DNA of 46,405 bases. It comes from Candidatus Moraniibacteriota bacterium (lineage in GTDB: Bacteria; Patescibacteriota; Minisyncoccia; CAIUEV01; JAHKAQ01). This document shows, piece after piece, positions 9,659 through 20,948 of the stretch. Location: positions 1-46,405 of the forward strand of contig WJJX01000108.1 in assembly GCA_014729445.1 (NCBI GenBank), in the 5' to 3' direction. The position numbers and the translations under genes are program-made. Below the pieces are notes generated by a model that saw only the letters and a program-made list of their open reading frames with translations, made no database searches and had not been told where the DNA came from. Position 1 is the stretch's first letter. Every line of letters starts with the position of its first letter.

Positions 9659-10263
9659 AGTCTTAAATTTCTCCTCTTTACCATATTCTTCTTTTCCTGA
9701 ATTCTGTCAATAATGACAATATTTTTCTCGTCTATGATATCTTTGACAAACTTGTCCAATAAATCCAGCCTATAGATCAATTCCGCTGTCTCCATAAAGC
9801 TATAATTGATCTCCCGACCGGCGTCGGCTTCAATAATAGAGATAATTTTTTCCAATTTCGGCCTGTCCAGATCATCGCCCACCAAAAAAAAATCCACGAT
9901 CGTTTTCTTGCTTCCGACAAAAACCCCGGAAAAAGCGGCATAAGTTATCCCTCCCAACTCGTTAATCGCCTTTACCGCGTCGCTGCTTGGATTAATACTG
10001 CATCTGGCGATTAAAGCCTTTAATTCAGAATACAAATCCCAATTTTGATCTACACTGTAACTGACCTCATCTACCGCCAATTTGGTTTTCACCAGTCCGT
10101 ATTCAATCATCTTTTTAAGTTCCCGCTGAAGAGTTTTCTTATTAAGCCCGGTTCTTTTTGAAAAATCATCAAGAGTTAAACTAATTCCCTCGTTAAAAAT
10201 CAAGGTTTTTAACAATCTAAGTTTTGTTTTTGATGCAAAAAGATACTCCAAGGGGTCTTTCAT
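9652..10263 (-). CDS. Winged-HTH protein with C-terminal nucleotidyltransferase-like domain
   Basis: LFASKTKLRLL...LQRELKKMIEYGLV HTH; SGVFV...VDFFLVGD and REINY resemble a degenerate minimal NTase fold. Confidence 0.7.
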   Translation of the reverse strand: MKDPLEYLFASKTKLRLLKTLIFNEGISLTLDDFSKRTGLNKKTLQRELKKMIEYGLVKTKLAVDEVSYSVDQNWDLYSELKALIARCSINPSSDAVKAINELGGITYAAFSGVFVGSKKTIVDFFLVGDDLDRPKLEKIISIIEADAGREINYSFMETAELIYRLDLLDKFVKDIIDEKNIVIIDRIQEKKNMVKRRNLRLW

Positions 10264-10329
10264 TGATAATATTTATTTTGATATTTTCTTTTTTTGATGC
10301 CGGGTTTTCCCCAAAAATTTAGGCAAAAC

Positions 10330-13300
10330 CTATTCCGGTTTTAAAATTTCCTTATCATAACCGGTACCCGCTGGAATTAATTTACCAAGAATCACATTTT
10401 CCTTCAAACCTCTTAAATGATCGACTTTGCCCAAAAGAGAAGCTTTAATAAGAACCTGAGCCGTATGCATAAACGAAGCCGCCGACAGAAAACTGTCTGT
10501 CGACAAAGAAACTTTGGTTATTCCCAGAATCATCCGCTCAATTTTCGCCGGTTTGTGACCCTTGGCAGTAATATCTTTATTAATTTCTTCGGCAATATTC
10601 AATTCTATAATATCTCCGGTAATCAAATCCGTATCTCCCGGATCGACCACTTTGACTCTGGAAAACATCTGCCTAATGATAATTTCAATATGTTTATCGT
10701 CAATGCTTTCGCCTTGAGACGCATATACTTCTTGGATTTCCTTGATAATATACCTATGAACTTCTCTAATGCCGGAAAGCTTAAAGAGCTTCTTTAAATC
10801 AATATGACCGGAAACCAATTGCTGGCCTTTATAGACCAAGTCGCCCTTATTCACTAAATTAACCACATTTGAGGCAACGGTATAAACCTTTGAGTCGCTT
10901 TTGGGTTTATCGGGCGTAATAACTATTTGTTTTTGATTTCCCTCTTCCGTTATTTCTTTGACTTTGCCGTCAATTTCGGAAATTACGGCTTCTCCTTTCG
11001 GAAATCTGGCCTCAAAAATTTCTTCAACCCTGGGCAGACCGGAGACTATATCTTCCCCCGCCACTCCACCGGCGTGAAAAGTCCTCATGGTTAACTGAGT
11101 GCCGGGCTCTCCGATAGACTGAGCCGCAATGACACCAACTGCCTGGCCCAACTTAACCAGTTCGTTCTTACCCAAATCATGACCGTAACATTTCCTGCAA
11201 ATCCCTTTAGGACTTTTACAATAAACCGCCGACCTAATCTCGATTTGCTCGATCTTGGCTTGATCGATCTTTTCAGCGGCGCTCTTTGTTATCATTTCTC
11301 CCGCCTTGACTATCAATTGTTTACTTTTGGGATCAATTATATCTTTTAAAGCGATTCTCCCTTCCAGTCTAAAAGCAAAATCAGAACCGACCGCTTCAGA
11401 ATCCTCTCTATATAAAACCGCTCCCTCTAAAGTAGCGCAGTCGTCTTCTGAAATAATCACATCTTGAGCCACGTCAACCAGTCTTCTGGTCAAATAGCCG
11501 GCCGTAGCCGTCCTTAAAGCGGTATCTGCCATTCCTTTTCGGGCGCCGTGAGAGGAATTAAAATACTCCAGAACGTTTAAACCCTCCTTAAAACTATCTC
11601 TAACAGGCAACTCGATAATATCACCTTTAGGATTAGCCATTAATCCTCTCATTCCCATTAACTGAACCAGCACCGACATCGAACCCCTGGCTCCGGAGTT
11701 TACCATGGTATAAACCGGGCCTTCTCTGTCGATATGCTTTTCGACTTCCTCCGCAATTTTATCTCTGCACTCATTCCAGATCGAAATTACCTGAGCTTTC
11801 CTTTCATCGTCAGTTAACAAGCCCATATCATATTGGCCGTCGACTTCATTTATCTTAGACGCGGCCTCTTTAATGATCCTCTTTTTGGATTTGGGAACCT
11901 GCAGATTGTTCATACCCCAGGAAATTCCGGATTTAGTGGCATAAGCGAAACCAAGATCTTTTAAGTTATCAACCAATTTTGCGATTTCCGCCATTCCAAC
12001 AAACCGGAAAGCCTTTGAAATAGTTTGCTTCAATGCCTTTTTATTCAACACCTTGTTAACAAAACCAATTTCTTTGGGTAATATTCGATTAACCAAAATT
12101 CTGCCGACACAAGTCTCGATAATTTCATTATCCTCGGTTTGAACCTCGATTTTTTCTCTTACACCGATTTTCCCCATTTCATATAAAATCACCGCCTGAT
12201 CAAATGAAGCGATTTTTTTAACCTTGGCGCCCTTTTTGTTCTCGTTCATATCGGTCATATAATAGATTCCAAGCACAATGTCCAAAGTGGGAATAGCAAT
12301 CGGTTCTCCGGTTGAGGGTTTTAAGATATTATTTCTGGAAACCATTATATCTTTAGCTTCAATTCTGGCTTCTTTAGTCAAAGGCAAATGAACCGCCATT
12401 TGATCACCGTCAAAATCGGCGTTAAAAGCGGCGCAGACCAAAGGATGAACCCTTATCGCTTTCCCTTCGATAAGAACGGGCTGAAAAGCCTGAATCCCTA
12501 ATCGGTGAAGGGTTGGGGCTCTGTTTAATAAAACATAATGATCTTTGATTACCTCTTCCAATATCTCATAAGCCTCCGTAGCCTCCTGTTCCACTAATCG
12601 GCCGGCGCTTCTCACATTATGAGCCAAGCCCCGCTTGATTAGTTTTTCAATGATAAAAGGTTTATACAACTCCAAAGCCATTTTCTTGGGCAAACCACAC
12701 TGATCGATTTTTAAATCCGCGCCCACCACAATTACCGACCTTCCGGAATAATCGACTCTTTTTCCCAGCAAATTCTGCCTAAATCTTCCCTGTTTGCCTT
12801 TAAGCATATCGGCTAAAGATTTCAAAGGCCTTCGCTGGCCCGTCGAGGCTAAAACCGAAACCTGGCTGCGTCTGGCTGAATTATCAAACAGGGCGTCAAC
12901 CGCCTCTTGAAGCATCCTTTTTTCGTTTCGACAAATCACTTCCGGAGCGCCAATCAACAAAAGTTTCTTTAATCTATTGTTTCTATTGATAATTCTTCTA
13001 TACAAATCATTTAAATCCGAAGTCGCATACCTTCCCCCGTCCAACTGAACCATCGGCCGCAAATCCGGCGGAATAACCGGAACCACCATTGCCAGCATCC
13101 ACTCCGGTCTAATCCCGGCTTTATTCATTCCTTTAATAATTCTTAATCTTCGCATTAACTTTTTTTTATCAATGCCCTTTGTGTCGGCCTTCAGTAAAGC
13201 GTCAATCCTTTTTACTTCCGTCTCCAAATCCATCCTCTGCAAAAGCTTCTGGATGGCCTCGGCTCCGATTCCGGCCTCAAACACATGCCCGTATTTTAAA

Positions 13301-13926
13301 GAAATTTTTCTGTATTCATTCTCGGAAATAACCAGCTTGGGCTTTAAAGAATTGATAATATCCTTGGATTGCTTTTTGCTTTCTCTTACTTCCTCAATTA
13401 TTTTCTTCAATTCCTTGGTATCTTTCATTTCCTTTTTAAGCTCCTTGACTTTGGTTTTATATTCTCTTTCAATTTGATCCAATACCTCTTTTTTAGCTTC
13501 CTCGTTGACTTCAATAATTACATAACTCGCAAAGTAAACAACCTTTTCAAGATCGCTCGAAGTCATATCAAGCAATAATCCGATTCGGGAAGGCGTTCCT
13601 TTTAAATACCAGATATGAGCAACGGGTACCGCCAAAGAAATGTGTCCCATTCTTTCTCTTCTAACAATACTCCTGGTTACCTCGACACCGCATTTATCGC
13701 AGACCACGCCTTTATATCTTATCCTCTTATACTTTCCACAGTAGCATTCCCAATCCTTGCTGGGACCAAAAATTTTTTCGCAAAACAAACCGTCTTTTTC
13801 ATATCTTTGAGTTCTGTAATTAATGGTTTCCGGTTTCAAAACTTCTCCATGGGACCAGCTTAAAATCTCCTCGCTGGAAGCCAATTGAAGTTTTACCGCT
13901 TTAAAATCGCTAACTTTTTGAGACAT
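10330..13926 (-). CDS. rpoC: DNA-directed RNA polymerase beta' subunit
   Basis: [12 protein letters not shown] catalytic motif, N-terminal zinc finger, [13 protein letters not shown]. Confidence 0.99.
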   Translation of the reverse strand: MSQKVSDFKAVKLQLASSEEILSWSHGEVLKPETINYRTQRYEKDGLFCEKIFGPSKDWECYCGKYKRIRYKGVVCDKCGVEVTRSIVRRERMGHISLAVPVAHIWYLKGTPSRIGLLLDMTSSDLEKVVYFASYVIIEVNEEAKKEVLDQIEREYKTKVKELKKEMKDTKELKKIIEEVRESKKQSKDIINSLKPKLVISENEYRKISLKYGHVFEAGIGAEAIQKLLQRMDLETEVKRIDALLKADTKGIDKKKLMRRLRIIKGMNKAGIRPEWMLAMVVPVIPPDLRPMVQLDGGRYATSDLNDLYRRIINRNNRLKKLLLIGAPEVICRNEKRMLQEAVDALFDNSARRSQVSVLASTGQRRPLKSLADMLKGKQGRFRQNLLGKRVDYSGRSVIVVGADLKIDQCGLPKKMALELYKPFIIEKLIKRGLAHNVRSAGRLVEQEATEAYEILEEVIKDHYVLLNRAPTLHRLGIQAFQPVLIEGKAIRVHPLVCAAFNADFDGDQMAVHLPLTKEARIEAKDIMVSRNNILKPSTGEPIAIPTLDIVLGIYYMTDMNENKKGAKVKKIASFDQAVILYEMGKIGVREKIEVQTEDNEIIETCVGRILVNRILPKEIGFVNKVLNKKALKQTISKAFRFVGMAEIAKLVDNLKDLGFAYATKSGISWGMNNLQVPKSKKRIIKEAASKINEVDGQYDMGLLTDDERKAQVISIWNECRDKIAEEVEKHIDREGPVYTMVNSGARGSMSVLVQLMGMRGLMANPKGDIIELPVRDSFKEGLNVLEYFNSSHGARKGMADTALRTATAGYLTRRLVDVAQDVIISEDDCATLEGAVLYREDSEAVGSDFAFRLEGRIALKDIIDPKSKQLIVKAGEMITKSAAEKIDQAKIEQIEIRSAVYCKSPKGICRKCYGHDLGKNELVKLGQAVGVIAAQSIGEPGTQLTMRTFHAGGVAGEDIVSGLPRVEEIFEARFPKGEAVISEIDGKVKEITEEGNQKQIVITPDKPKSDSKVYTVASNVVNLVNKGDLVYKGQQLVSGHIDLKKLFKLSGIREVHRYIIKEIQEVYASQGESIDDKHIEIIIRQMFSRVKVVDPGDTDLITGDIIELNIAEEINKDITAKGHKPAKIERMILGITKVSLSTDSFLSAASFMHTAQVLIKASLLGKVDHLRGLKENVILGKLIPAGTGYDKEILKPE

Positions 13927-13960
13927 ATTGTTATAAATTTAAAAATTTTATCTTGGAAGT

Positions 13961-16900
13961 TTATTTATCCTCTTCCCGCGAAAGGTCTTCATCGTCCAAT
14001 AATTTAACGTTCAATCCCAATCCCTTCATTTCATTGATTAAAACCTGCAGGGAAGTCGGAGCATTAGGCTTAGGGATTATATCACCCTTGACAATCGCCT
14101 CATAAGCCTTACTCCTGCCCAAAACATCGTCGGATTTCAAGGTTAAAATTTCCTGCAAACTATGGGCCGAGCCGTAAGCTTCCAGAGCCCAGACTTCCAT
14201 CTCTCCAAATCTCTGGCCTCCAAATTGAGCTTTTCCGCCTAAAGGCTGCTGAGTTATTAAAGAATAAGGACCAATTGAACGCATATGAATTTTATCTTCC
14301 ACCAAATGATGCAGTTTCATAATATACATTATGCCGACCGTACTTTTATCTTCAAAAGGCTCGCCGGTAACTCCATCAATCAAAGTGATTTTACCGTCTT
14401 GCGGCAAACCGGCCTTTTTGAGTTCTCTGGCTATCTGCTCTTCTGTCACTCCTCCAAGCACCGGAGAGGCCACTTTATAACCCAAAGCTTGAGCGGCCCA
14501 ACCCAAATGAGTCTCCAAAATTTGACCGATATTCATCCTGGAAGCCAAACCCAGAGGATTTAAAACAACATCCACCGGTGTACCGTCAGGCAGATGCGGC
14601 ATATCCTCTCTTGGAACAATTCGAGCAATTACACCTTTATTTCCGTGTCTGCCGGCTAATTTATCTCCGGCCTGAATTTTTCTTAATTGAGCCAAAGTAA
14701 CTTGAACCTGTTTCATCACTCCGGAAGGCAATTTGTCGCCCTGCTCTCTGGAAAAAATCTTAATCCCGACCACTTTCTTTTTTTCTCCATTCGGCATATA
14801 AAGCGAACTGTCTTTAATATCTCTTGATTTATCGCCAAAAATAGCTCTTAAAAGTCTCTCCTCAGAAGTAAGATCACTCTCTCCTTTGGGGGTGATTTTA
14901 CCAACCAAAATATCTCCGGCCGAGACTTCGGCTCCGATTCGAACAATGCCCTCCTCATCCAAATTTTTCAATCTGTCTTCACCGATATTCGGAATGTCTC
15001 GGGTGACAATTTCAGGACCCAAACGGGTATCGCGAACATCCACTATCAAATCCTCAATATGTATGGAACTATATTTATCTTCATGCAGCAGTCTTTCGTT
15101 TAAAATAATCGCGTCCTCGAAATTATATCCTCTCCAGGAGGTAAAAGCCACCAAAACATTCTGGCCCAAAGCCAGTTCCCCGTTTTCCGTGGAAGCTCCA
15201 TCGGCCAACAACTGGCCTTTTTTTACCTTTTCGCCTTTACTCAGCGCCGGAATTTGATTAATACAGGTAAAAGCATTGGATTTAGCAAAGGTCAACAAAT
15301 CATAATGCCTTATTTTATTTTTCGATTTAACCACTATATGATCGGCATCCACTTCAGTCACCTCTCCGGCTTCCTCGGCCAAAACAACCTGACCTGAATC
15401 GGCGGCCGCCTTATCCTCAATTCCGGTTCCCACAATCGGAGCCTCTGGTTTGATACAAGAAACCGCTTGACGCTGCATATTTGAGCCCATTAAAGCCCGG
15501 TTGGCATCGTCATGTTCCAAAAAGGGAATCAAAGAAGTCGCGATACTGACAATTTGTTTGGGCGAGATATCAATATAATGCGCATCTTTGGCATCAATTA
15601 AAGCCGGATCACCCTTGACTCTGGCCTGAACTTTGTCTTTTAAAAAATAACCCTTCTTATCTATCGGCGTCCCAGCTTGAACAATACTGTATTTTTCCTC
15701 TTCAGAAGCCGTCAGATAATCGACCTGATCCGTTATCTTAACTTTACCGTTTTTTTCCTTTTTAATTTTTCGATAAGGCGTTTCCAGAAAACCGTAATCA
15801 TTCACTCTGGCATAACAGGACAAATGCGTCACCAAACCGATATTCGGACCTTCCGGGGTCTGAATCGGACAGATTCTTCCGTAATGGCTTGTATGCACAT
15901 CCCGGACTTCAAAACTGGCTCTTTCTCTGGTTAATCCGCCCGGCCCCATCGCCGAAAGTCTTCTTTTATGCTCCAATTCAGCCAAGGGATTAACATGATC
16001 CATATATTGAGAAAGCTGCGAACTGGCGAAAAATTCCTTTACCACAGCCGCCACCGGTCTTGAATTAATAAGCTGGCCCGGCATTACGGTCTCCAAATCA
16101 CAGGTGCTCATCCGATCTTTGATATTTCTTTCCATTCTGGCAAAACCAACTCTTAATTTTGCCTGAACCAATTCTCCGACCGATCTTACTCTTCGATTTC
16201 CCAAATGATCAATATCATCAGGCTTGGATTTTGGATCATTATTCAGTCTGATAATTTCTCTAACCGTATTTATGATATCGTCCTTACTTAAAACCATATT
16301 TTCCTTTTTGTCTGCTACCTTCATCTTCAGTCTCACGTTCATTCTATATCTCCCCACTCTTGAAATATCATAATAATCAGGATTAAAAAGCATTCCATCA
16401 ATCATCTGCTTGGCGTTTTCTTCGGTCGCCATATCTCCGGGGCGAATCCTTTTATAAACTTCCTTATAACCCTCGCCCTGATTTTTGGCAATATCCTTTT
16501 TCAGGGTTTCCTCTATATACTGAACTTCTCCCTTATCTATATCCGCAAAAGTTTTTTTGATTTCTTTATCGGTTAAAAAGCCAAAGATTCTAATCAAGGC
16601 CGTAACCGGAACCTTTCTTTTTCGATCAATTTTTACCGAAATCACCCCATTATTATCGGTTTCAAACTCAAGCCAGGCGCCTCTATTGGGGATCAATTTC
16701 GCCCCAAACAGTTTCTTGCCTTTAAATTGCCTCATGGTAAAAAACACTCCCGCCGATCTTATCAACTGGGAAACCACTACTCTTTCCACTCCGTTAATTA
16801 TAAAAGTTCCGCTCTTGGTCATAAGCGGAAACTCGCCCAAATAAATTTCCTGTTCCGTATCTTTTTTGGTATGTTTATTACTAAGTTTAACTCTTACTCT

Positions 16901-17209
16901 AATGGGCGCCTCAAAGGATATATTCTTTTGCTTGCTGGTCCTTTCGTCATATTTAGGCTCGTCCAAATAATAACTCAAAAAGGAGAGATCCAAATTCTTC
17001 CCGGTATAATCACTAATCGGAGATATTTCCTCCAACAACTCCTGAATACCCTGATTGACAAGCCATTGATAAGAGTGGTCTTGGATTTCAATCAGATTAG
17101 GCAGAGAATAAACTTTACCGATATCGTTTAAAAATTTTCTTTTTGAAAAGCTGGAATTGGTGCTGAAGTCGGATCTCAATTTCTGTTGTTTTGAATTGAT
17201 TTTTTTCAT
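13961..17209 (-). CDS. rpoB: DNA-directed RNA polymerase beta subunit
   Basis: GDKLAGRHGNKG, GGQRFGEMEVWALEAYG, rifampicin region SQLSQYMD..ELEHKRR. Confidence 0.99.
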   Translation of the reverse strand: MKKINSKQQKLRSDFSTNSSFSKRKFLNDIGKVYSLPNLIEIQDHSYQWLVNQGIQELLEEISPISDYTGKNLDLSFLSYYLDEPKYDERTSKQKNISFEAPIRVRVKLSNKHTKKDTEQEIYLGEFPLMTKSGTFIINGVERVVVSQLIRSAGVFFTMRQFKGKKLFGAKLIPNRGAWLEFETDNNGVISVKIDRKRKVPVTALIRIFGFLTDKEIKKTFADIDKGEVQYIEETLKKDIAKNQGEGYKEVYKRIRPGDMATEENAKQMIDGMLFNPDYYDISRVGRYRMNVRLKMKVADKKENMVLSKDDIINTVREIIRLNNDPKSKPDDIDHLGNRRVRSVGELVQAKLRVGFARMERNIKDRMSTCDLETVMPGQLINSRPVAAVVKEFFASSQLSQYMDHVNPLAELEHKRRLSAMGPGGLTRERASFEVRDVHTSHYGRICPIQTPEGPNIGLVTHLSCYARVNDYGFLETPYRKIKKEKNGKVKITDQVDYLTASEEEKYSIVQAGTPIDKKGYFLKDKVQARVKGDPALIDAKDAHYIDISPKQIVSIATSLIPFLEHDDANRALMGSNMQRQAVSCIKPEAPIVGTGIEDKAAADSGQVVLAEEAGEVTEVDADHIVVKSKNKIRHYDLLTFAKSNAFTCINQIPALSKGEKVKKGQLLADGASTENGELALGQNVLVAFTSWRGYNFEDAIILNERLLHEDKYSSIHIEDLIVDVRDTRLGPEIVTRDIPNIGEDRLKNLDEEGIVRIGAEVSAGDILVGKITPKGESDLTSEERLLRAIFGDKSRDIKDSSLYMPNGEKKKVVGIKIFSREQGDKLPSGVMKQVQVTLAQLRKIQAGDKLAGRHGNKGVIARIVPREDMPHLPDGTPVDVVLNPLGLASRMNIGQILETHLGWAAQALGYKVASPVLGGVTEEQIARELKKAGLPQDGKITLIDGVTGEPFEDKSTVGIMYIMKLHHLVEDKIHMRSIGPYSLITQQPLGGKAQFGGQRFGEMEVWALEAYGSAHSLQEILTLKSDDVLGRSKAYEAIVKGDIIPKPNAPTSLQVLINEMKGLGLNVKLLDDEDLSREEDK

Positions 17210-17385
17210 AAGAGCGCTTGATTAAAATGTTACTATCGATATATTTAAAAAATAACTCCTTTTTCAAAGCACTAAAAAACAAAACCACCTTACTTGGCTT
17301 TTGCAGTAATTTAAACAAAAACTAATTTTCTGTCTTCTTTGCTCTCATAAGCTCCAGGAAGAGTTTTTTAATTGTTGTAAATCTA

Positions 17386-17414
17386 AAGATAACATAGACA
17401 AAAAAACCTGTCAA
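17386..17414 (-). promoter_or_regulatory. Putative sigma70 promoter of rpoBC
   Basis: Minus strand TTGACA-17 nt-TATCTT with TG upstream of -10. Confidence 0.65.
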
Positions 17415-17438
17415 CCTTAAAACACTTCATTATAACAC

Positions 17439-20252
17439 CTACAAAGACTTCTTCAAGTACCGCGCTGTATAGCTTATATTATCGAATCTTTTAACCAACT
17501 CTTCGGGGCTTCCCTCGGCGATTAATTTTCCTCCTTCTTTCCCGCCTTTGGGACCTAAATCGATAATCCAATCCGCACTTTTTATTATATCCAGATTATG
17601 CTCGATGACAAGCACCGTATTATCCTGATCCACCAACCGCTGAATGACCCCCAGGAGTTTTTTCACATCCTCAAAATGCAAACCGGTAGTCGGTTCATCT
17701 AAAATATAAAAAGTTTTCGAAGTCGATCGTTTAGCCAATTCCGAGGCCAACTTAACCCTTTGGGCCTCCCCGCCCGACAGAGTGGTCGCCGGCTGGCCGA
17801 GTTTAATATAGCCCAACCCAACGTCGGAAATAACTCTTAAAATATCCGATATTTGTGGAATCTCAGCAAAAAAATCGATCGCCTCGTCCACAGTCAAATC
17901 TAAAACATCGGCAATATTTTTGCCTTGATACAAAACATTCAAAGTTTCCCGCTTGTATCTTTTCCCCTTACATACATCACAAGGCAAATAGACATCGGGC
18001 AAAAATTGCATCTCCACTTTCAAATAACCTTCCCCTCTGCAGTTTTCACATCTTCCACCGTTTACATTAAAACTGAATCTGCCCGGACCGTAGCCTTTAA
18101 TTCTGGCATCCCTGGTGGCGGCAAACAAATCTCTTATGTGATTAAACACTTTGGTATAGGTAGCCGGATTGCTTCTGGGAGTTCTGCCAATCGGCGACTG
18201 ATCCACATTAATAACCTTGTCGATATAATTCAGCCCTTTAATCTCTTTATGGACTCCGGGCTGATCAAGGGATCGATAAAAATGTCTGGACAAGGCTTTA
18301 TAAATAACATCGTTAACCAAAGTGGATTTTCCTGAACCGGAAATTCCGGTTACACAAGTAAACAGCTCCAAAGGAATCCTAACGGTTAAATTTTTCAAAT
18401 TATTCTGAGAGGCTTGAACGACCGTCAGTCTTTTGTTTTTCGGCTTCCTCCTAATTTCGGGCACTTCGATTTGCTCCTTTTTAGTCAAATATTTAACCGT
18501 CAAAGATTCATCGCTCTTTAGCACTTCTTTCACCGGACCGTTTTCCACAATTTTACCCCCTTGATCTCCGGCTCCCGGCCCCACATCTACAATCCAGTCG
18601 CTTTGCAGCATCGTTTCCTCGTCATGCTCGATCACCATAACGGTATTGCCTAAATCCCTCAAATGCTTCAAAGTTCTTAAAAGTCTGTTATTATCCTTAG
18701 CATGCAGACCAATCGAGGGTTCATCCAAAATATAAATCACCCCCACTAAAGCGGCCCCCACCTGGCTGGCTAATCTAATCCGCTGGCTCTCACCACCCGA
18801 CAAAGTAATCGCGCTTCGATCCAAAGTCAAATATTCCAGACCAACGTTTTTTAAAAAACTCAAGCGATTCAAAACCTCTTTAATCACCCTTGCGGCAATT
18901 ATCCTCTGACTTTTTGTCAATTCCAGACCCCCAAAAAAATCTATTGCCTCTAAGATCGATAAACCGGTAATTTCGCTTATATTTTTACCGCCGATTTTTA
19001 TCAGCAGACTTTCCTCTTTCAGCCGGGCTCCCAAACATCGCCGGCATTTGGTTTCAAGCATATACTTTTGAATTTCCTTTCTAATCTTATCGGATTCTGT
19101 TTCTTCATAACGTTTTTTAAGATACTTAATCAGGCCTCTAAAAGGCATCCGCCAAACCCGACCGCTACCCAGCCTGACTCTAATCTTAATCGGAATTTCC
19201 TCTCCATAAAGCAGTTTTTTAATTTTATGCTTGGCCACGTCTTTAATCCTGTCGTTGGGAGCAATTTTATACTCTCGGGCCGCAGCATTTATAATATGTC
19301 CATACCAATTATTACCCCTATAACTCCAGGGAAGAATTCCGCCTTCACCGATCGTCTTATTTTTGTCGGGAATAATCAAATCCTCACTTAATTCGAATTT
19401 TTTACCCAGGCCGTTGCATTCCGGACAAGCGCCATAAGGACTATTAAAGGAAAAACTTCGAGGCTCAATCTCCGAAAAACTGAAATTATCTTTCGAACAC
19501 ATCATCTCCTGATTATACAATTTTTCCTTCTTTTCTTGGCTCACTTTTACGATTCCCTTCGCCAACTTCAAAGCCATTTCCACCGAATCGTTGATTCGAT
19601 CTAAGTTCTTAGCATTAACCGGAACTTGATCAATCAATACCTCTATATTGTGCCTGGTATATCGATCCAAATCGATGAATTTATAACCGCTTAAATTTTT
19701 CTCCTCTCCGTTAATTAAAGCCAGATCATATCCCTGCTTATACAAATTCTCAAGTAAAGTTGAATATTCGCCTTTTTTCCCCCTGACAATCGGCGCGAAA
19801 ATTTTAACTTCCTGATTTTCCTTAAATTGAGCCACGATATCGTCAATTATCTCATCAACGGTCACCTTTTCAATCTTTTCTCCGCAAATGGGACAAAACG
19901 GCGTACCCACTTTGGCATACAAAAGCCTTAAGTAGTCGTAAATTTCCGTAATTGTCCCCACGGTTGATCTGGGATTGTGTCCAGTCGTTTTTTGATTAAT
20001 CGAAATGGTCGGACTCATGCCCTCCACCAAATCAACATCCGGCTTGTTCATCTGTCCCAAAAACTGCCGGGCATAACTACTCAAACTTTCCAGATACCGC
20101 CTTTGGCCCTCAGCAAAAATCGTATCAAAAGCCAAAGTCGACTTCCCCGACCCGGAAACTCCGGTTATTACAATAAATTTATCCCTGGGAAGCTTCAAGC
20201 TGACATTCTTCAAATTATGCTCCCGCGCCCCCCGAATCACAATTTCCTTCAT
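17439..20252 (-). CDS. uvrA: Excinuclease ABC subunit A
   Basis: GAREHNLKN, two Walker A motifs (GVSGSGKST, GISGSGKST), two LSGGE signatures, zinc fingers. Confidence 0.99.
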   Translation of the reverse strand: MKEIVIRGAREHNLKNVSLKLPRDKFIVITGVSGSGKSTLAFDTIFAEGQRRYLESLSSYARQFLGQMNKPDVDLVEGMSPTISINQKTTGHNPRSTVGTITEIYDYLRLLYAKVGTPFCPICGEKIEKVTVDEIIDDIVAQFKENQEVKIFAPIVRGKKGEYSTLLENLYKQGYDLALINGEEKNLSGYKFIDLDRYTRHNIEVLIDQVPVNAKNLDRINDSVEMALKLAKGIVKVSQEKKEKLYNQEMMCSKDNFSFSEIEPRSFSFNSPYGACPECNGLGKKFELSEDLIIPDKNKTIGEGGILPWSYRGNNWYGHIINAAAREYKIAPNDRIKDVAKHKIKKLLYGEEIPIKIRVRLGSGRVWRMPFRGLIKYLKKRYEETESDKIRKEIQKYMLETKCRRCLGARLKEESLLIKIGGKNISEITGLSILEAIDFFGGLELTKSQRIIAARVIKEVLNRLSFLKNVGLEYLTLDRSAITLSGGESQRIRLASQVGAALVGVIYILDEPSIGLHAKDNNRLLRTLKHLRDLGNTVMVIEHDEETMLQSDWIVDVGPGAGDQGGKIVENGPVKEVLKSDESLTVKYLTKKEQIEVPEIRRKPKNKRLTVVQASQNNLKNLTVRIPLELFTCVTGISGSGKSTLVNDVIYKALSRHFYRSLDQPGVHKEIKGLNYIDKVINVDQSPIGRTPRSNPATYTKVFNHIRDLFAATRDARIKGYGPGRFSFNVNGGRCENCRGEGYLKVEMQFLPDVYLPCDVCKGKRYKRETLNVLYQGKNIADVLDLTVDEAIDFFAEIPQISDILRVISDVGLGYIKLGQPATTLSGGEAQRVKLASELAKRSTSKTFYILDEPTTGLHFEDVKKLLGVIQRLVDQDNTVLVIEHNLDIIKSADWIIDLGPKGGKEGGKLIAEGSPEELVKRFDNISYTARYLKKSL

Positions 20253-20465
20253 TTAATCTTTTAGATTAGAAACTAAGAAGTAAGAATAAAGTTTAGCATA
20301 AAATTAGAAATTTCTCAATCGCACAAACCATTCTCTTTTATTCAATCAAAAGCATAAAAATAACCCTTTTTAAAGACCGGATAATATTTTTTGTTTAAAG
20401 TCCAAAGCTTTAAAGCATTATTATATTAAAGAATTCCTGTCCAATCCAAAGACTGATCATCCCCC

Positions 20466-20494
20466 TTGCTTCACACTTTCCAATGTTTTACAGT
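20466..20494 (+). promoter_or_regulatory. Putative sigma70 promoter of hpf
   Basis: TTGCTT-17 nt-TACAGT about 80 nt upstream of the start. Confidence 0.4.
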
Positions 20495-20573
20495 ATTAAT
20501 ATAAAAGGCTAAAATAATAAGCCCGGTTATGAAAACAGAAAACAGGTCGATTAAATATTAAATTGTAACCCCG

Positions 20574-20927
20574 ATGAAAATAAAACTTTACCAAAACGGC
20601 ACTACAATAGACGAAAAACAAAAAAAACATTTTGACCAGAAACTAACCAAACTTGACAAATATCTAACCAATCCCAATATCACTATCGAATTGGAGATAG
20701 AAAAAGATAAAAAAGGCCTCTTTCGAGCTGAGATCCAAACCAAAATCCCGGGCCAAAGATATATAGGCGAAGAAGAGGGAACTACTCCCGAGGAAGCCTT
20801 TGATTTAGCTATCGAAAGTTTAAAAAATCAAATCAGAAGAGACAAAGAAAAAAGAAGAACCCTTCAAAAAAGGGCCAACTTGAGTATTAAGAAAAAAATG
20901 TCCATCGACGACAAAGCTCGATTCTAA
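20574..20927 (+). CDS. hpf: Ribosome hibernation factor HPF/RaiA family
   Basis: KLTKLDKYL, FRAEIQ..IPG, AFDLAIESLKNQIRRDKEK match the S30AE fold pattern. Confidence 0.85.
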   Translation: MKIKLYQNGTTIDEKQKKHFDQKLTKLDKYLTNPNITIELEIEKDKKGLFRAEIQTKIPGQRYIGEEEGTTPEEAFDLAIESLKNQIRRDKEKRRTLQKRANLSIKKKMSIDDKARF

Positions 20928-20948
20928 AAACACCCCAAATTCTGTAAA

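Noticed and set aside
17115..17318. 67-aa ORF overlapping the rpoB start
   Set aside because: Non-ATG start, out-of-frame overlap with rpoB and no motif; more likely leader sequence.
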